From Cirrosporium novae-zelandiae (lineage: Eukaryota), in the NCBI GenBank assembly GCA_026023565.1, contig JAPETS010000012.1, forward strand, positions 558,001-622,000: a stretch of 64,000 bases of DNA, in the 5' to 3' direction. Shown here one piece after another: positions 12,909 to 26,462 of this stretch (its first letter is position 1; each line of letters starts with the position of its first letter). A program made the translations under genes and the position numbers. Under the pieces are notes generated by a model. The model saw nothing but the letters and a program-made list of their open reading frames with translations. It had not been told where the DNA came from and did not search any database.

Positions 12909-13469
12909 TGTGAATGTATTGTAAGATCTGCTTGGAGCGTAGGTATGTTATGAAAGAACAACTGTTGCTAAATGAAATGTTTGGGGGCTGATGCTGTTGA
13001 ATTGATACATGGGAACGATCTGGAGATATATATACATAATGTATCCAGTGAGAATCAGTTATGTTTACGGTAAGGATGGATATATTTCTGAGTCTATGGC
13101 ATTACCATCCATCTTCTGACAAATACTTAGAAACCACATAGCGGAATTGATGAAAGGGTAACTCATACAAAGTTCTCTTGAACATCAGCCCATGATCAAT
13201 GGATCAATGGGAGGACTTAGAAAGAGTATATTGGTAAGAGAGAATGATTGATAATATGCAAATGTTGGTGTTGAGTGAAAATATGTCTTGGCATCCCGCC
13301 GGGTGGATTTGGGGAGATTTGGTATATCCCACCGGCAACCCCTTTCTGGTACTTAGTATTGTGTAGTGAACTTTGCTTACGCCTATGCTTCCCCATCGTA
13401 CTATCACTGCATTCGTGTTATCCCACTTTGCCGTTGTGTCCCATATTTTTTGTGTCACATCATTTTTGA

Positions 13470-16128
13470 ATGGCCAATAATGACGGGGCTGGCCGTGGTA
13501 GAGAAGCCACAAGTAACACAGCAGGAAGCGCATACAGTTGCAACTTTGCCGGTTGTAAACGTTCCTATCACCGAAAAGAGCATCTAACTCGTCATCAACT
13601 TAGCCATTCAGGAGCTCGTCTTCATATTTGTCATATCTGTCAACGCTCTTTCACTCGCAAGTAAGTTATGCTTCCAATAATACGCTTAGTTTGCTTGGCC
13701 TACTTTAAGACTAAATGTGAATAGTGATCTCCTCAGACGTCATGCAAGTCTTCACGCTCGAGACTCTGGATTTGCCAACCGTGTCCTTATCGCTTGTGAT
13801 CGATGCCACGCCCGTAAAACTAAATGCAACGGTCTGATCCCTTGTGATATATGTATCAAAAGTCAGGTTCAATGCAAACTTGAACGGAATGCACAAAGAA
13901 TCGCATCGCTTGATAGCTCAGAGACGAGCAGCGAAAACCAATCAATAAATATACCTATTCCATCTCATTCGGAGAACCCGAATAGCGAGGTCCCCCAGAG
14001 CCATAGCAAATATGTCCTCAAGCAAAATATGGCCACCACGGTCTCTACCGTACATGCAATTGGTTCTCAGATGCAGCAGCCGATACGAAACTCAGTGATA
14101 GATTGCTCTTTACTCAATATGGATATCCTAGCCAATTCACTTCCCAGTGTAGACTCGGTGGGTTCTTGGCCATTTGAGGAAGCGTGGAAGGTACAGCAAC
14201 TGTTATCGAACAGCCAGAGTGATAGGACTACAATCAATAGCAGCAGCTCGGTCTTTTCGAAGGCCGACATATCTGGAATCCGATCAACAACGTCGACATT
14301 GGATGGAGAATCCACCATACAAGGTAATAGTGCTTCAGCTAACCCAATGCCAGGCATGCAATTATCAACCTTGTTTTCTGAAGGCTTCAAGAACCCGGCA
14401 TTCGTGGACAAATGTCATCTTAAAGATATGCCATTTCTAGGAAAAAGCCTCACAGCCATTGATAATTATATCACCAATTTCTTCACTGAACTACACCCAC
14501 TATGGCCAATTATTCACAAACCTAGGTTTAGACGGGAAAGTCAACCTTGTGTGTTGGTCTGCTCTATGATCACGTTAGGGGCCTGGCTTAATGGATCACA
14601 CCAATCCAAAATGCTATCCAAGGCACTCCATGCATGGACTATGAACATCTTGCATTCGGAGATTGTGCGTATTTAGCTACTTCTAACCATCTAATTGCGT
14701 TATACTAATTTAGGAGAAATTCGTAGTATGCTCGAATGTCAACTGTCGGTGAAAACAAACGGCCATGGCCACTGGCTACTTATGAGGCATTGTTATTGAA
14801 TATCATCTTTGCCATATATTGTGGAGTACTGCTCGTTACCTGATCTAGTCAAGTTCGCCCTAATATAAGCATTTAGGAAGAATCGATTTTGTCGAGAGCA
14901 TTCGCCATGCAAGGAATGCTAATAAACGTACTTCGGAATATTGGAATATTTGAGAAGGATCGGATTTTTGTTCAGTACGGCAACGTTGAAGATGCCATCC
15001 TAAGTTGGGTTTGGAAGGAAGAAGCAAAAGCGTAAGTAGCCCAGATGGATCCTAGTCAGTGGAATGGCTGACCTTGCTCGATTATTATCCAATAGATTAG
15101 CTGTTGTTACCTTTAAGGCGGACTGCTATATCTGCATACTTCGAAATCGCCCACCTTCTATTCGCTACGACGAGCTTAACATCTCATTGCCCTTTTCCTA
15201 CTCACTTTGGAACGCTCCAAGTGTCGGGGCTTATTATCGCCGGAAGGACAGAGAGCCTCAAGAGCGACTGGAGATGAGTATTTCAGATCTATTCCGCGAC
15301 CCTCTCGTTTATGATAAATGGGAGCAACGATTGTCAGATCTCGTGGAAGAGGACTATTTTCTGGCAATCTGTGCCATACAACCAGCTTTGTGGGAGGAGA
15401 AGCTACAGCGCTCTCATGATCCCGACCTGAACTTGGCAGCTTCGAGCATCCGAGAGAACCTCTGCTACAAACTCGAGCGCTGGAAATCTTACGTGGAAGT
15501 AGACCGCATAGATCAACTGGAAAGCCCAAATCTGGACCGCCAAAAGAGAACGCAAGCTAACACGCTCATATTCATCCACTTATCAATGCTCAAATTATAT
15601 ACCCCTATGAATTCGCTTGAAGTCCTCGCTTCTTGGAAACGGGGTAACGCCAACCTTTCTGTCACTATGCAACATGAACATGCCTCTCGCATTAAAGATT
15701 GGGTTTCTTCAAAGTCTGCTCGCCAAGCGGTATGGCATGCCGCATACATTTACAGGTTAACCGTGGAACAAGCTGGGGCTAGCTGGGCCTCCCCAGTTAT
15801 CGATCCGATTACAAACATCGCTCTACAGAAGGGTGCCTTAGTAACGTGGGGCTACGCGCAAGCGATACGAGCCTGTGAGCTGTGTGTTGTCCCATCAGAT
15901 CTCTCTTTGTCCTCTACTCCGCCCGAAAATCGCCTTTTGGACCTTGCAAAGCGTGCTAATGATGACCAATACACCAAAGTATGGGTTAACCACGGTGGAG
16001 TTGTGTCTTTGGATGGAATCCCGTTATGTGAGTGTTTGCAAGAAGAGTTTTTTTACAAATTTGAAACCCTTCTCAAGGGGCAAGAACTACATCAGTATGG
16101 GTTAACCAAGGTGGAATTGTGTCATTAG
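13470..16128 (+). CDS. Transcription factor with two C2H2 fingers, a Zn(II)2Cys6 cluster and a fungal TF middle-homology domain
   Basis: CNFAGCKRSYHRKEHLTRHQLSH and CHICQRSFTR.DLLRRHASLH; ACDRCHARKTKCNGLIPCDICIKSQVQC; FFTELHPLWPIIHKP. Introns near 13660, 14666, 14826 and 15032. Confidence 0.92.
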
Positions 16129-16827
16129 ATAGAATTCCACCATGTGAGTATTGGTAAGAGCTCTTTTCACTATCCTACTGGGAGGTTCATTCGGTGTTAA
16201 GGTTAAGGGACCAAATTCATGTTAATGGAAGGAGATTATCTTTATCTTTAAAGCTCCAAGGTTTTAATATTAAGGTCTGGCGTTTTATCGCTATTAACTC
16301 TCAGGCACCATTTTATCTGGCTGGCTTGGTCTAACCATGCTGAACCATGTATCTTTTGTAGATGCAGAGAGGAGTAGATGGTACTCAGACTACCTTACTT
16401 CTAAGGAGAATTAATACCCTTTGGGAATCGGGCACGCAGTAATTCTCGCCTAAACTGAAGTTTGAGTTCTTACAAACCAACCAGGCAATGTCAGGGTAAA
16501 TCAAGGTTCTTTGTCACTCCCGCTTGATTTTGAGTTCTTATTAAGAACGTTATATGAAGGAGTCGGCCTGGGAGGTTTCGGCTCCGCTGGTCTCCCGATT
16601 GACATCAACACGCCCGTCTATAGCTAGAAGCAATGTAAACAAAGGTCACTTGATGGTTGGATTAGAAATATAAATATCAGTATTGTCATAAAATTGGGTA
16701 TATATAGATCAATGTTGTTGGCAGCAATGTGCTCGATAACGAATTACACTAGGCCATTGATTTCCCTGATATTGGCACTCATTTTTATATTGTTAAGCCC
16801 ACGGAGTTTGCCATCGATTGGATACAA

Positions 16828-17757
16828 ATGGCGTCCTTGTTCCCTTCTCTCACCAAGACCAAACATAGTGATAGCTATGCCAGCATTGACCCCTCCAGAC
16901 CGGAGCTCTCCGCCAAAGGAAAAGCTGTCGTGGTCACTGGTGGAGGGTCAGGTATTGGACCTGCCATAGTTTTCGCGTTCGCGAGGGCGGGAGCTTCAGA
17001 TATTGCAGTCTTTGGACGTACCGAGAGGACCTTGCTCGCAACGAAGAAAGCGGTGGAAGGGAAATACCCACATATTCATGTCTTTGCTGCCATAGCCGAT
17101 ATCGTCGACGAGAACGCCGTCAATAAAGCTTTCTCTGATTTCAAGGCAGTTGCTGGGCACATTGATATCCTTGTAAGCGCCGCAGGATATCAGCCAGATC
17201 TCTTGCCGGTCAAGGACATCCCAGTGGACGAATATTTCCGCGGGTTCGAAATTAATGTTAAAGGCAGTCTGATCCTCGCCCAAGCATTTTGCCGCACTGC
17301 AGCTAGCGACGCCATCCTCATCAACATTTCATCACTTGCTACTGTCATGTCGCCGATGCCAATGATGTCTGGATACAACAATTCCAAGATGGGAGCTTTA
17401 AGGATGTTTGATAGCTTTCAGCTAGAAAATCCTAACTTCCGTGTGCACCACATCCACCCTGGGGTTATTCGCACTGATATGGCCAAGAAGACTGAAGCAG
17501 CTGGTATCATCATGCCCTACGACAATGGTAAGGCCTGAGCTGTACTTAGTGTTGACCACCACTCTCGCTGACAAGTTTTAGTTGAGTTGCCTGCATCTTT
17601 TGCCGTTTGGATCGCAAGCCCTGAAGCAGCATTCTTGAAGGGAAAGTTTGTTGCATCCTATTGGGATGTGGGCGAGATGAAGGCTCGCGCAAAGGAAATC
17701 GAGGACAGTGACATGTTGACGTTGGTTCTTAAGGGGTGGTCTTTCAATAGCCGATAG
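16828..17757 (+). CDS. Short-chain dehydrogenase/reductase
   Basis: TGGGSGIG, YNNSK (YxxxK) and HPGVIRT; intron 17528-17581; last exon ELPASFAVWIASPEAAFLKGKF. Confidence 0.92.
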
Positions 17758-18549
17758 TGATGTCTACTGAAGAGGTACCTGTTCAGTCAGCTGTGCCGAG
17801 AATTTCCAGAATGAACCGTTTTTATCCCTGATTTGGTATAGCGCATAGGTACTTGGTTTCTTGGCGGGAAATACTTACTCCCGGCTTTGATCTTTGGCAA
17901 CAGAGGAGAAAGAGTAATTACGACCGTGGTTATAAGCACCGTATGTGCCGAATTCAAACTTTGAACCATTGATTCATTCATGATTTAGTGTCTGGCTCCC
18001 CCACGATCATCACCATTACTTATTACCTGGTTCGTCACATTCAGTCCCTAGAACATGGGTTTCCACATCCTTTAGCACTTTCTCGTTGTAAAAGATCAAC
18101 AGTGAACCTCCTTATGCTTTAAATCTATAATGCTTACGCCTGTCAATCTGTGGGGTAGGGCTATATATTCACAAGCTTTGCGGGGTAAATAACTCCCCCA
18201 GAATTAGCCATGTTTCCAAATTGGTAGAACATCCCCTTGTTTCCCGTCAACGGATTCCCGACAAGAAACGGGGAGAAGGCTAGGGGACATGGTAAAAGTA
18301 ATCTCGGTAGCTAGGCCGCCTTGATTTATCCCGAGGGTGATGATGATTACTGCTTCAGAAACCCGGCGTTTGACTTCTGCTTCTGGAGGCATTGAATATA
18401 TAAACTCTCCTCTTTCCCTATTTTCCGAAGAATATTCAGCAGATATTCTCTCTCCTCTATTTGCCACCTTGGTTTTCTATTGCTATTTGACTGGCCATTG
18501 CTGTACCACCTTTTGTACCAAATAATTGTCTTTTTATGTTACTGTCAAT

Positions 18550-20429
18550 ATGTCAACAGATAAACGTGACACGGATCATATCGAAAATGTGGGAAAGGAG
18601 ATAAATGGAGGATATGCCGAGCACCATGAAGACCTGGACATGGTGAAAGTGACTGAGGGAGATATTCCGGACTGCCTGGTTGAAGAAGTTTCCTATGGAC
18701 CAGGTGGTATCAAGGGGATCATAAGCTCCCCCTACGTTGTTGGTGCCGCGTTTCTTGCTTCCCTTGGTGGCTTCTCCTTTGGCTATGATCAAGGAGTCAT
18801 CTCAGTCATCAACGTCATGCCTCAGTTCCACAAGCAATTTCCGGAGACAAATCCCGATAATAGCGGGTCTGGTTTCTATACCGGATTTATGACTGCCATG
18901 CTTGAGCTTGGAGCTTTTCTGGGATGCTTCTTTATGCCTAAGCTCGCAGACAAGATCTCTAGAAAATGGGCACTCACCGTGGTCGTCATCATCTTTAATA
19001 TTGGTGCCATTATTCAAACATGTGCTTTTAGCTACGGCCAATTGGTTGCTGGTCGCACAATCGGTGGTATTGGTGTTGGGACGTTGGCATTGGTGAGTTT
19101 ATTCATGTCTATTTTAGCCATTCACAACTGACTTTGTAGGGTGCACCATTATATATATCAGAAATTTCTCCACCACAGCTTCGCGGCGCACTCCTTGTTC
19201 TTGAGTCAATCTCCATTGTCTCTGGGGTTGTTATCGCCTACTGGATAACCTATGGCACACGTTACATTGACAGCGAAGTCTCCTTTCGTCTGCCATTTGG
19301 ACTGCAGATACTCTCCGCAGCGCTACTAGGGACATGCATCCATTTCTTTCCGTACTCCCCACGATGGCTTTGTCTTGCCGGACGTGACGACGATGCCCTA
19401 AAAAGCCTCTCAAAGCTAAGACGACTTCCTCCCACAGATGAAAGAGTACAGACAGAATGGCGAGGCATCATGGCAGAAGTTGAATTCCAGAGAGTTGTCC
19501 TGGAAAATGTGCATCCCGGCAAAAGCGGGCTGAAGCTCGAACTCCTGACCTGGTTTGATCTTTTCAGAAAGAAGAACATCAGGAGGACAATTGTCGGATG
19601 CGGAGTTGCATTCTTCCAACAGGTAACACTCCAGCCCCCTTTAACCGAGATAAAAAGTTAAGTCTTCTTTAGTTCTCTGGCATCAACGCCTTCATCTACT
19701 ACGCGCCTATTCTATTCCAGTCAATCGGCAACAGTTACGACACGTCGCTAATTCTATCCGGAGTCCTCAACATCATGCAGCTAGTAGCGGTAATACTCTG
19801 CTTCTTCGTCATTGATCGCGTCGGCAGACGCCCCCTGGCAATATGGGGCGGATTTGCATCAACGGTCCCATACATCATCATTGCCATCCTCGTCAGTCTC
19901 TATTCCAGCGACTGGCTTAGCCACAAACCCGCCGGCTGGGCCTGCGTCGCCATGGCCTGTAAGCTCTCAACCCCACCCCCAACCACCCTAACCAACCAAC
20001 CACTCACTAACCCCCCCTCTTTACCTAGTCCTCTACATCCTCACCTACGGAATCTCCTACGCCCCCCTAGGCTGGTGTCTTCCCTCAGAAGTCTTCTCAA
20101 ACGCCACCCGCGCCAAAGGCGTCGCCCTCTCCACCTCCACCGTCTGGCTCTGCAACTTCATAATCGGCGTTGCCGTGCCCCCCATGCTGGAGTCCGCGGG
20201 CTTCGGCACCTACGTCTTCTTCGCCTGCTGGTGCTTCCTGGCGGGCGTGTGGGCATTTTTCTTGGTTCCCGAGACTAAGGGGAGGTCGTTGGAGGAAATG
20301 GATTTGGTCTTTGGGGACGCGACGGGGGTGAGGGAGATGGAGATTATGAGGGTGGCGGTTGAGGAGGTGAGGGTGAGGGTGAGGGGGATGGATGGGGGTA
20401 AGGGGGAGGTTGGTGATGGTGATGTATGA
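18550..20429 (+). CDS. MFS sugar porter
   Basis: GGFSFGYDQG, ADKISRK, PLYISEISP, PYSPRWL, QQ|FSGINAFIYY, DRVGRR and PETKGRSLEEM; three introns. Confidence 0.93.
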
Positions 20430-20957
20430 TATAGTATGATAAGATAAGGATGAGATAGGATGAGGTGATTGAACTAACTAACCGACCGACAATACAAGTC
20501 TGTTCGTGCGCGGGAGAATAAATTGTATTACATATAGTATATAATACAATAAGATGAGATATAAATGAGATGATTGAACCAAACCAACCAACAATACAAT
20601 ACAATACAATACAATACAAACCTCCCAACTCCTGCGCGGTCGAATTTTGGATAGTCCCATGACCTGCATTCACTCAACTCATTCACAAAATGATATTACC
20701 ATCTCCTCTATCTCTATCTCTCATCTCAATATACATTAATGACAAAGGAAAAAAAGGAAGAGGTGTAAAAAAAAAAAAAAACTAAAAAATTTTTATTTGT
20801 TTTTTTAATCTATAATTTTTTTTTTTAGATTTTTTTTCTCTTGAAATGTCCGACCTTCTGGAAACTAGCTAGCCACGAAGCCAAGATAACTACAATATTC
20901 AAACCTCCATCACATCACTGTAACAAAACCAACATCCCTTTTACTTAACCCCCCCTC

Positions 20958-23123
20958 TCAATCAATCCCCTCCATAATAGCCCCCGCCCCCCCCTCCATC
21001 GCCACCAACGAAAAATGTCCTCCAACCGTCGGCCTCGCCCGAAAATTCTCCCCCGTCTTCCCCGCATTCACCCCACCCACAAACCACCGATCCGAAAACG
21101 GCACATCATTCAATCCATTCCCCAAATAATTCACAATATCCTCAATCCAAATCTCTTTGACAGTCTCATCCGAGACCGCGGCGACATAGAGGCCGAGGTC
21201 TGAGCGGGTCCAGAGGACGCGGCTGTCGAGGGGGATACCCTTTTCGAGGCGGACGGTGGGGAGGTAGTGGGATTGCATGGTGTAGGATTGTGGGGGGAAG
21301 AGGGCGGGGGTGAAGGAGAAGAGGGAGGTGGGGAAGAGGTTGTAGTTGCTGAGCCAGGTGGAGTCGGAGTGGTATTTTAGGTCCCAGTGGGTTCGGTTTG
21401 AGTCGGTGCCGAGGTGGGTGGGGGAGGTGTAGAGGAGGTTTGCGAGGGCGGTGGCATTGGCTGTGTAGAAGGATTCGGAGAAGAGGGTGCCGAAGCAATT
21501 CATGCCTAGGGCGGCCTTTGTGGCGAGGACGGTTTGGTTGGCTAGGTAGCCCGCGCCGTCCGTGGTGGAGAGTTGGCGCACAGGGTACCACCCGTTGTTG
21601 GCGAGGTAATCGGCGTAACCGCGGAGGAGGGACTTGTAGGGGAGGGACCAGCTGGTGTCGCCTGTGGCGTGGTAGTAGGCGTATGTAAGGAGATTTATGT
21701 TGCCGCTGTCTTCGACGGGCATGAGCTCTGCGGTGCCGTCGTCGTGGCCCGTCGCGTTTGGGTAGTTGCTGCCGATGTCGTGGATCGCGAATGCGTGGGG
21801 CCAGCGACCGGAGTCGAGGTATTTCAGGATTGGCGTTAGGAGGAGTCGGAGGATGTCTGGGTTGGCGACGTAGTGGAGGGCGAAGTGGCTGAAGATCACC
21901 CCAAACGTGTTTACGTTGCCGTCGCTGGAGATCTCTTTTACGAATGCCATTGCGTCCGTGGTGCTGAGGTTGGAGTAGGGGATCACGATTTCGGTTCCCG
22001 CAAAGGATTGGCGGAGGGCGAGGCTTAGAATCGTGTAGTAGTCTGAGGCGTTGTGGTTCGAGTCGTATGCCTTTTTGGCTTGTTCCTTGATGTTACTGTC
22101 TAGGGTTTTTGCTTCTGCGAGAGCATCTGAATAGTCGTCAAGGAAATGCACGATGGCGGATCCGATAGAGGGGTATTTGGAACGGTAGTAGCCGGTCATG
22201 GGGATGCCTAGATAGTTCACGGCCATGTCGCGTTGTTGTCCAACGGCGAAGCGTACCGAAGATCCTTGCGAGCTGAGTTTGTGGGCGAAGCCGACGACAC
22301 TGTCCGAGGTCCAGGTGCTGTTGGAGACTGTGGTTCCAAGAGTGCCATATACTGAAAATCGGTTTCGAACTGTTGTGCGAGGCCCGACTTGGGCTGTGAC
22401 GTCGGAGCCGGTACTAGCTCTTGTAGCATAGACAATTTGACCCCAGCAGGGCATGTCCTTGTTTTCCGAATAGAGGAGCTCAGTATCTGGCTTAAGAAGG
22501 TAGAATTGGGTGTCGTCATCTGCCGTGAGGGTCCAACTCATGGATGAACCGGTATCGCCCATCCAGGAGGCATCGACATCGCTATATATCTCTATATCCT
22601 GAGAGGAAGATTCAGCAGATATTGTTAAATAGCTAAATGGTAGAGATTGTCTGATATAGTTACTTGGCGAAACCGGAGAGAAAAAATCCAGGGTAAATGT
22701 CGACTCTCCGGCTGCAAGTTTGAAAATCGTTTGGGTTGACGTGTATTGGGCACTGATGAGTTCGGTTTCTTCACCAATGCCTGGGTTTCCAAAGAGACTG
22801 TACGATTGATTTCCAACCCGAGCTGCAACGGTCCAGCCAAGGGATTGACCATACCAAAACTGGGCGGGACTGGTGGCAAGAGAAGTCACATTGGAACCAG
22901 GTATCCAAGCTTTGTCTCTGATGAGCAAAGTGTTTTTTTTTTTTCATTCACTAAAGGCGGGTGTTTTACCTGAAAGATATGGAGAGCGGACAGCTAATGG
23001 GAATGACGGTGGGTTGATGGGTGTAAATGTCGCTGCCGATGCTGCTGACCTAGACTTGTCCCAGAGTGACAAATATGTTTGATACCCAAACAGCATCAAA
23101 AGCATCTGAGTGATTACGATCAT
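20958..23123 (-). CDS. gtaA: Glutaminase A (GtaA)-like secreted protein (DUF5127/DUF4965/DUF1793 architecture)
   Basis: TFTPINPPSFPLAVRSPYLS, RQSLPFSYL, KEISSDGNVNT, AIHDIGSNYPNATGH and FRARPTVGGHF. The start codon is uncertain (23123 or 23096). Confidence 0.85.
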
Positions 23124-23977
23124 GGTTATGAGCACTAATGATCGAATCCTAGATGAGCATATAAACAATGTTCAAGATAAAGTGTCAAGAATGCCTGTAC
23201 AAAAGAGCGACGATTGGTTTCAAAAGAGTGTTTTAGACAATAGTCCAGGTGGTAAACAAACCAGCGAATAGACTGAACACACGAGGAATACTTCTAAAGG
23301 GGCGGAGATGCTTAAATACCAGACTTCTTGCTTCTTATCACGGCTTTCTCTGGACCAAACCCCATCAGAGGCTGCTTCGGTTTGTTGCCCGTGTTGAGGT
23401 GCAACCTAGTGGAATCCATCATCCACGTCACCTTTAGGGAATTGCAGGCTTCAAAATGAGATAAAACTGGTCCAAATGTGCAGCAATTATTTGAATTCGT
23501 TATAATATCCTTGATAAATTGGTCCTTAAGATGGACAGGTATATATTGGATAATATGCAGCTAGAATTGCGGGATATGTCTTTATAAGTGCGAGTGAGGG
23601 GAAGGGATCCGCTTAAAGGTGGGGGTTAAAATGGTATCAGCATCATCTGATAGGCTGATCAGCAATATTGAAAAGGATTGACCGAGTAACCCAATTTTTA
23701 TAGGACCTCGATTAAAAACAATAAAACAAACAATTTCCCCCTTTTTGCTGTTGGCATGGAGTATGTTTTGGTGCCTGGGGCTAATAATTGTGCCTTGCAG
23801 CCTGTGGATCCCTGCATCTTGAGATATTAGGCATTCATCCGATTGCTCGCTTATCACTATGTTCCATTCTTATATTCTCAGTCTAAACCTTTCATGATAT
23901 GGTATCTATAACGCTAATAGACATCAAAACTAAAAGTATAACGCCGTAATATATTCTAAATTCATATCATGCCCCCC

Positions 23978-25968
23978 CTAAAGTCTCGCCCGAGGTCGCC
24001 ACTCCAACTTTTCCAGCTCCATCTTTGCCTGTTCTCTCAATATTTTCTTTAGAATTTTCCCACTAGCATTCTTCGGGATTATATCCACAAATCTCACACC
24101 TCCCGTCAGGTTCTTATACCTTGCCAGCTTTGACGACGCGAATTTCTTCAGTTCGTCTTCTGTTGGTCGCGTATCCTTGTTCTTCGTAACGACATATGCA
24201 CGTGGACGCTCGCTATCATCCCCAGGAAACTTTACACCAATAACAGCTGCATCAATAACCTCAGGATGCTCAAGCAGGACAGCTTCAAGCTCAGGCGGCG
24301 CGACTTGGAAGCCTCGAACCTTGATCAAGTCCTTTTTCCGGTCGACGACATACCACTTTTTTGAGTCTCGGGCACAGTAGGCGATATCGCCAGTCTTAAA
24401 CCAGCCGTCTCGATCAAATGATTCAGCATTCGCCTGGTCATTTTCAAAGTAGCCGGGAGTGATACTGGGGCCGCGGAGGCAGAGTTCGCCGCAGACTTCG
24501 TAGCCACTGATGTCATTACCAGTTTCGTCGATTAATCTAGTTAAGGAGGTTAGTTTGAGTGCCGCGGGAAAAGGATAGTAGATATAAATAACATCTACGG
24601 TCGGGTATTTCAACGAACTTCGCTTCAAGGCCTGGTATCAGTCTCCCTACAGATCCAGTATCATCGTCCTCTGGATAGGGCGTAAGAAGAGCAAGAGAAT
24701 TGGCCTCGGTCATTCCGAATCCTTGAGTGAAAGGAACACCAGGCGGAAGCTTTTCGCGGAACCGGGCCTGAGTAATTTTGTTCATAGGTGCGGCACCAAC
24801 AAGCCCGTATTTAACGGACTTTAGGTATGGGCCATCTAGCAGGGGCGAGTTGATAAGTGCGACCGCGATGGGAGGAACAATGAGCATGTCTGTCACTTTG
24901 TATTGTTGCATATATTCCAGATATTTCTGCAGATGGAATCGCCGCATGATATATGTCGGTACTCCAGCACGGAGAGCACTTGTGTGGGTTACAGGGGCGA
25001 CTGCGGCGTGAAAAATGGGGACAGGAATGAGACGGATCATCTACGACAACGATAGGATGGTGAATTTCTTCTTCAATCAAGAAATAGTCCTTTTTGGAAA
25101 TAAATACCTGGTACGGCCTTGGATTTGCTTCATAGACCAGCGTATGTTGCGCCACTAGGTTATAGTGGCTTAGGATGGCTGCCTTTGGCAATCCCGTCGT
25201 GCCACTGCTGAACAGTAGTGCCGCAGGTGTCCGTCTCGACGTTTCCAGGTCATCAAATCTGATCCAGTCTTCCTCTTCATTGTCCAAGAGCGTTCTCCAT
25301 GACTTCATGCCTTGAGGAACATTGTGCTCAAAACTGTCGAAGATCCATATCTTTGACCTGGGAATTCCCGTCGCATCCGCCGCCGCGATCAAAGGCTTCA
25401 GATTCCCCGGCTCGGAGATCAAGAATTTGGATTTGGATGTTTTAATATGATGTGAAAGTTCAAACTGTGAGTACGATGGATTGGTACCAGTGAAGACACC
25501 ACCAGCGGCGATAATACCCAGGAAGAGAATGGAATAGTAAACCTAGTGTTGGTGGTTACTATTTAGCCATTCATGTATCTACTCATCCATTAAGAAGCAG
25601 CGGCGCACATAGGGAGAGAATATATTCATACATCATTGAATGAGTGAATGAGAACACCATCGCCTCTCTTTAATCCAGCCTTCCTAAATCCAGCCGCCAA
25701 CTTGCGGACAAGTACTCTGGCCTGATTATAAGATATTGACCTCAAAGGGTTGGAAGGATCAATATAGATCTAAAAGAAAAGCAAATTCATTGGTCAATAA
25801 ACCGGAACCTTTTCACAATAGAAACGACGATATATATATATATATATAGATTTTGTGAACAAATGAATTACTGACAGGTTTTTCGCCATCATATACCGGA
25901 CCATCAAAAACCCAGGAGATGAGGTCCTGGGTGGGAATTGGGGGGTGGTGTGAATTGCAGAAAAACAT
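23978..25968 (-). CDS. Peroxisomal 4-coumarate/phenylacetate-CoA ligase-like AMP-binding enzyme
   Basis: FSSGTTGLPK, QGFGMTE, GWFKTGD, KDLIKVRGFQVAPPELE and PKNASGKIL; C-terminal PTS1 -ARL; several introns. Confidence 0.92.
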
Positions 25969-26462
25969 TATAAGAGATCTACCTGTAGAAATCTGAGAAG
26001 GGAAAAACAATGTAGAGATACGAATATACCTGGGAAGATGTAAAGGAAATGCTTGGATAGTTCTATAGGTACTGTCGGTCATGTAACTAACCACTTCGGG
26101 CCGCCAAGATTTGACACGTTTAATAGGTCGGACCGTCTAGCGATAGACTCGGAGCAAGGACTCTATCTTGAACCGAGGAAGCCGGAGCCGTGGCCTAACT
26201 AACCCGATAGTCCGATCTTTAGTTCTCCCGCCCCTTGCCGGCTTGGCACTTTTATTTTTCCAAAAGATTGACTTTTAACAGAAATTACTCCGGCTCTCCA
26301 TGGAACTATTCCCCCAATATTCCACATATAAAACCCAATCAGATCCAACCCTTTTTTTTCGTTAAATGCCTATGCAAGTCCCCACCGCCTTTATCCAGAT
26401 ATCTGGGACTACCTTCTGATCTTTGTCTAGTCGGTATCCTGACACTCGGGAGGATTCCTGTC

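Noticed and set aside
21015..21839. Plus-strand Pro/Arg/Gly-rich ORFs and alternate-frame ORFs over gtaA (similar ones overlie the GH13 and FAD oxidase genes)
   Set aside because: They are shadow ORFs caused by GC skew within well-supported genes.
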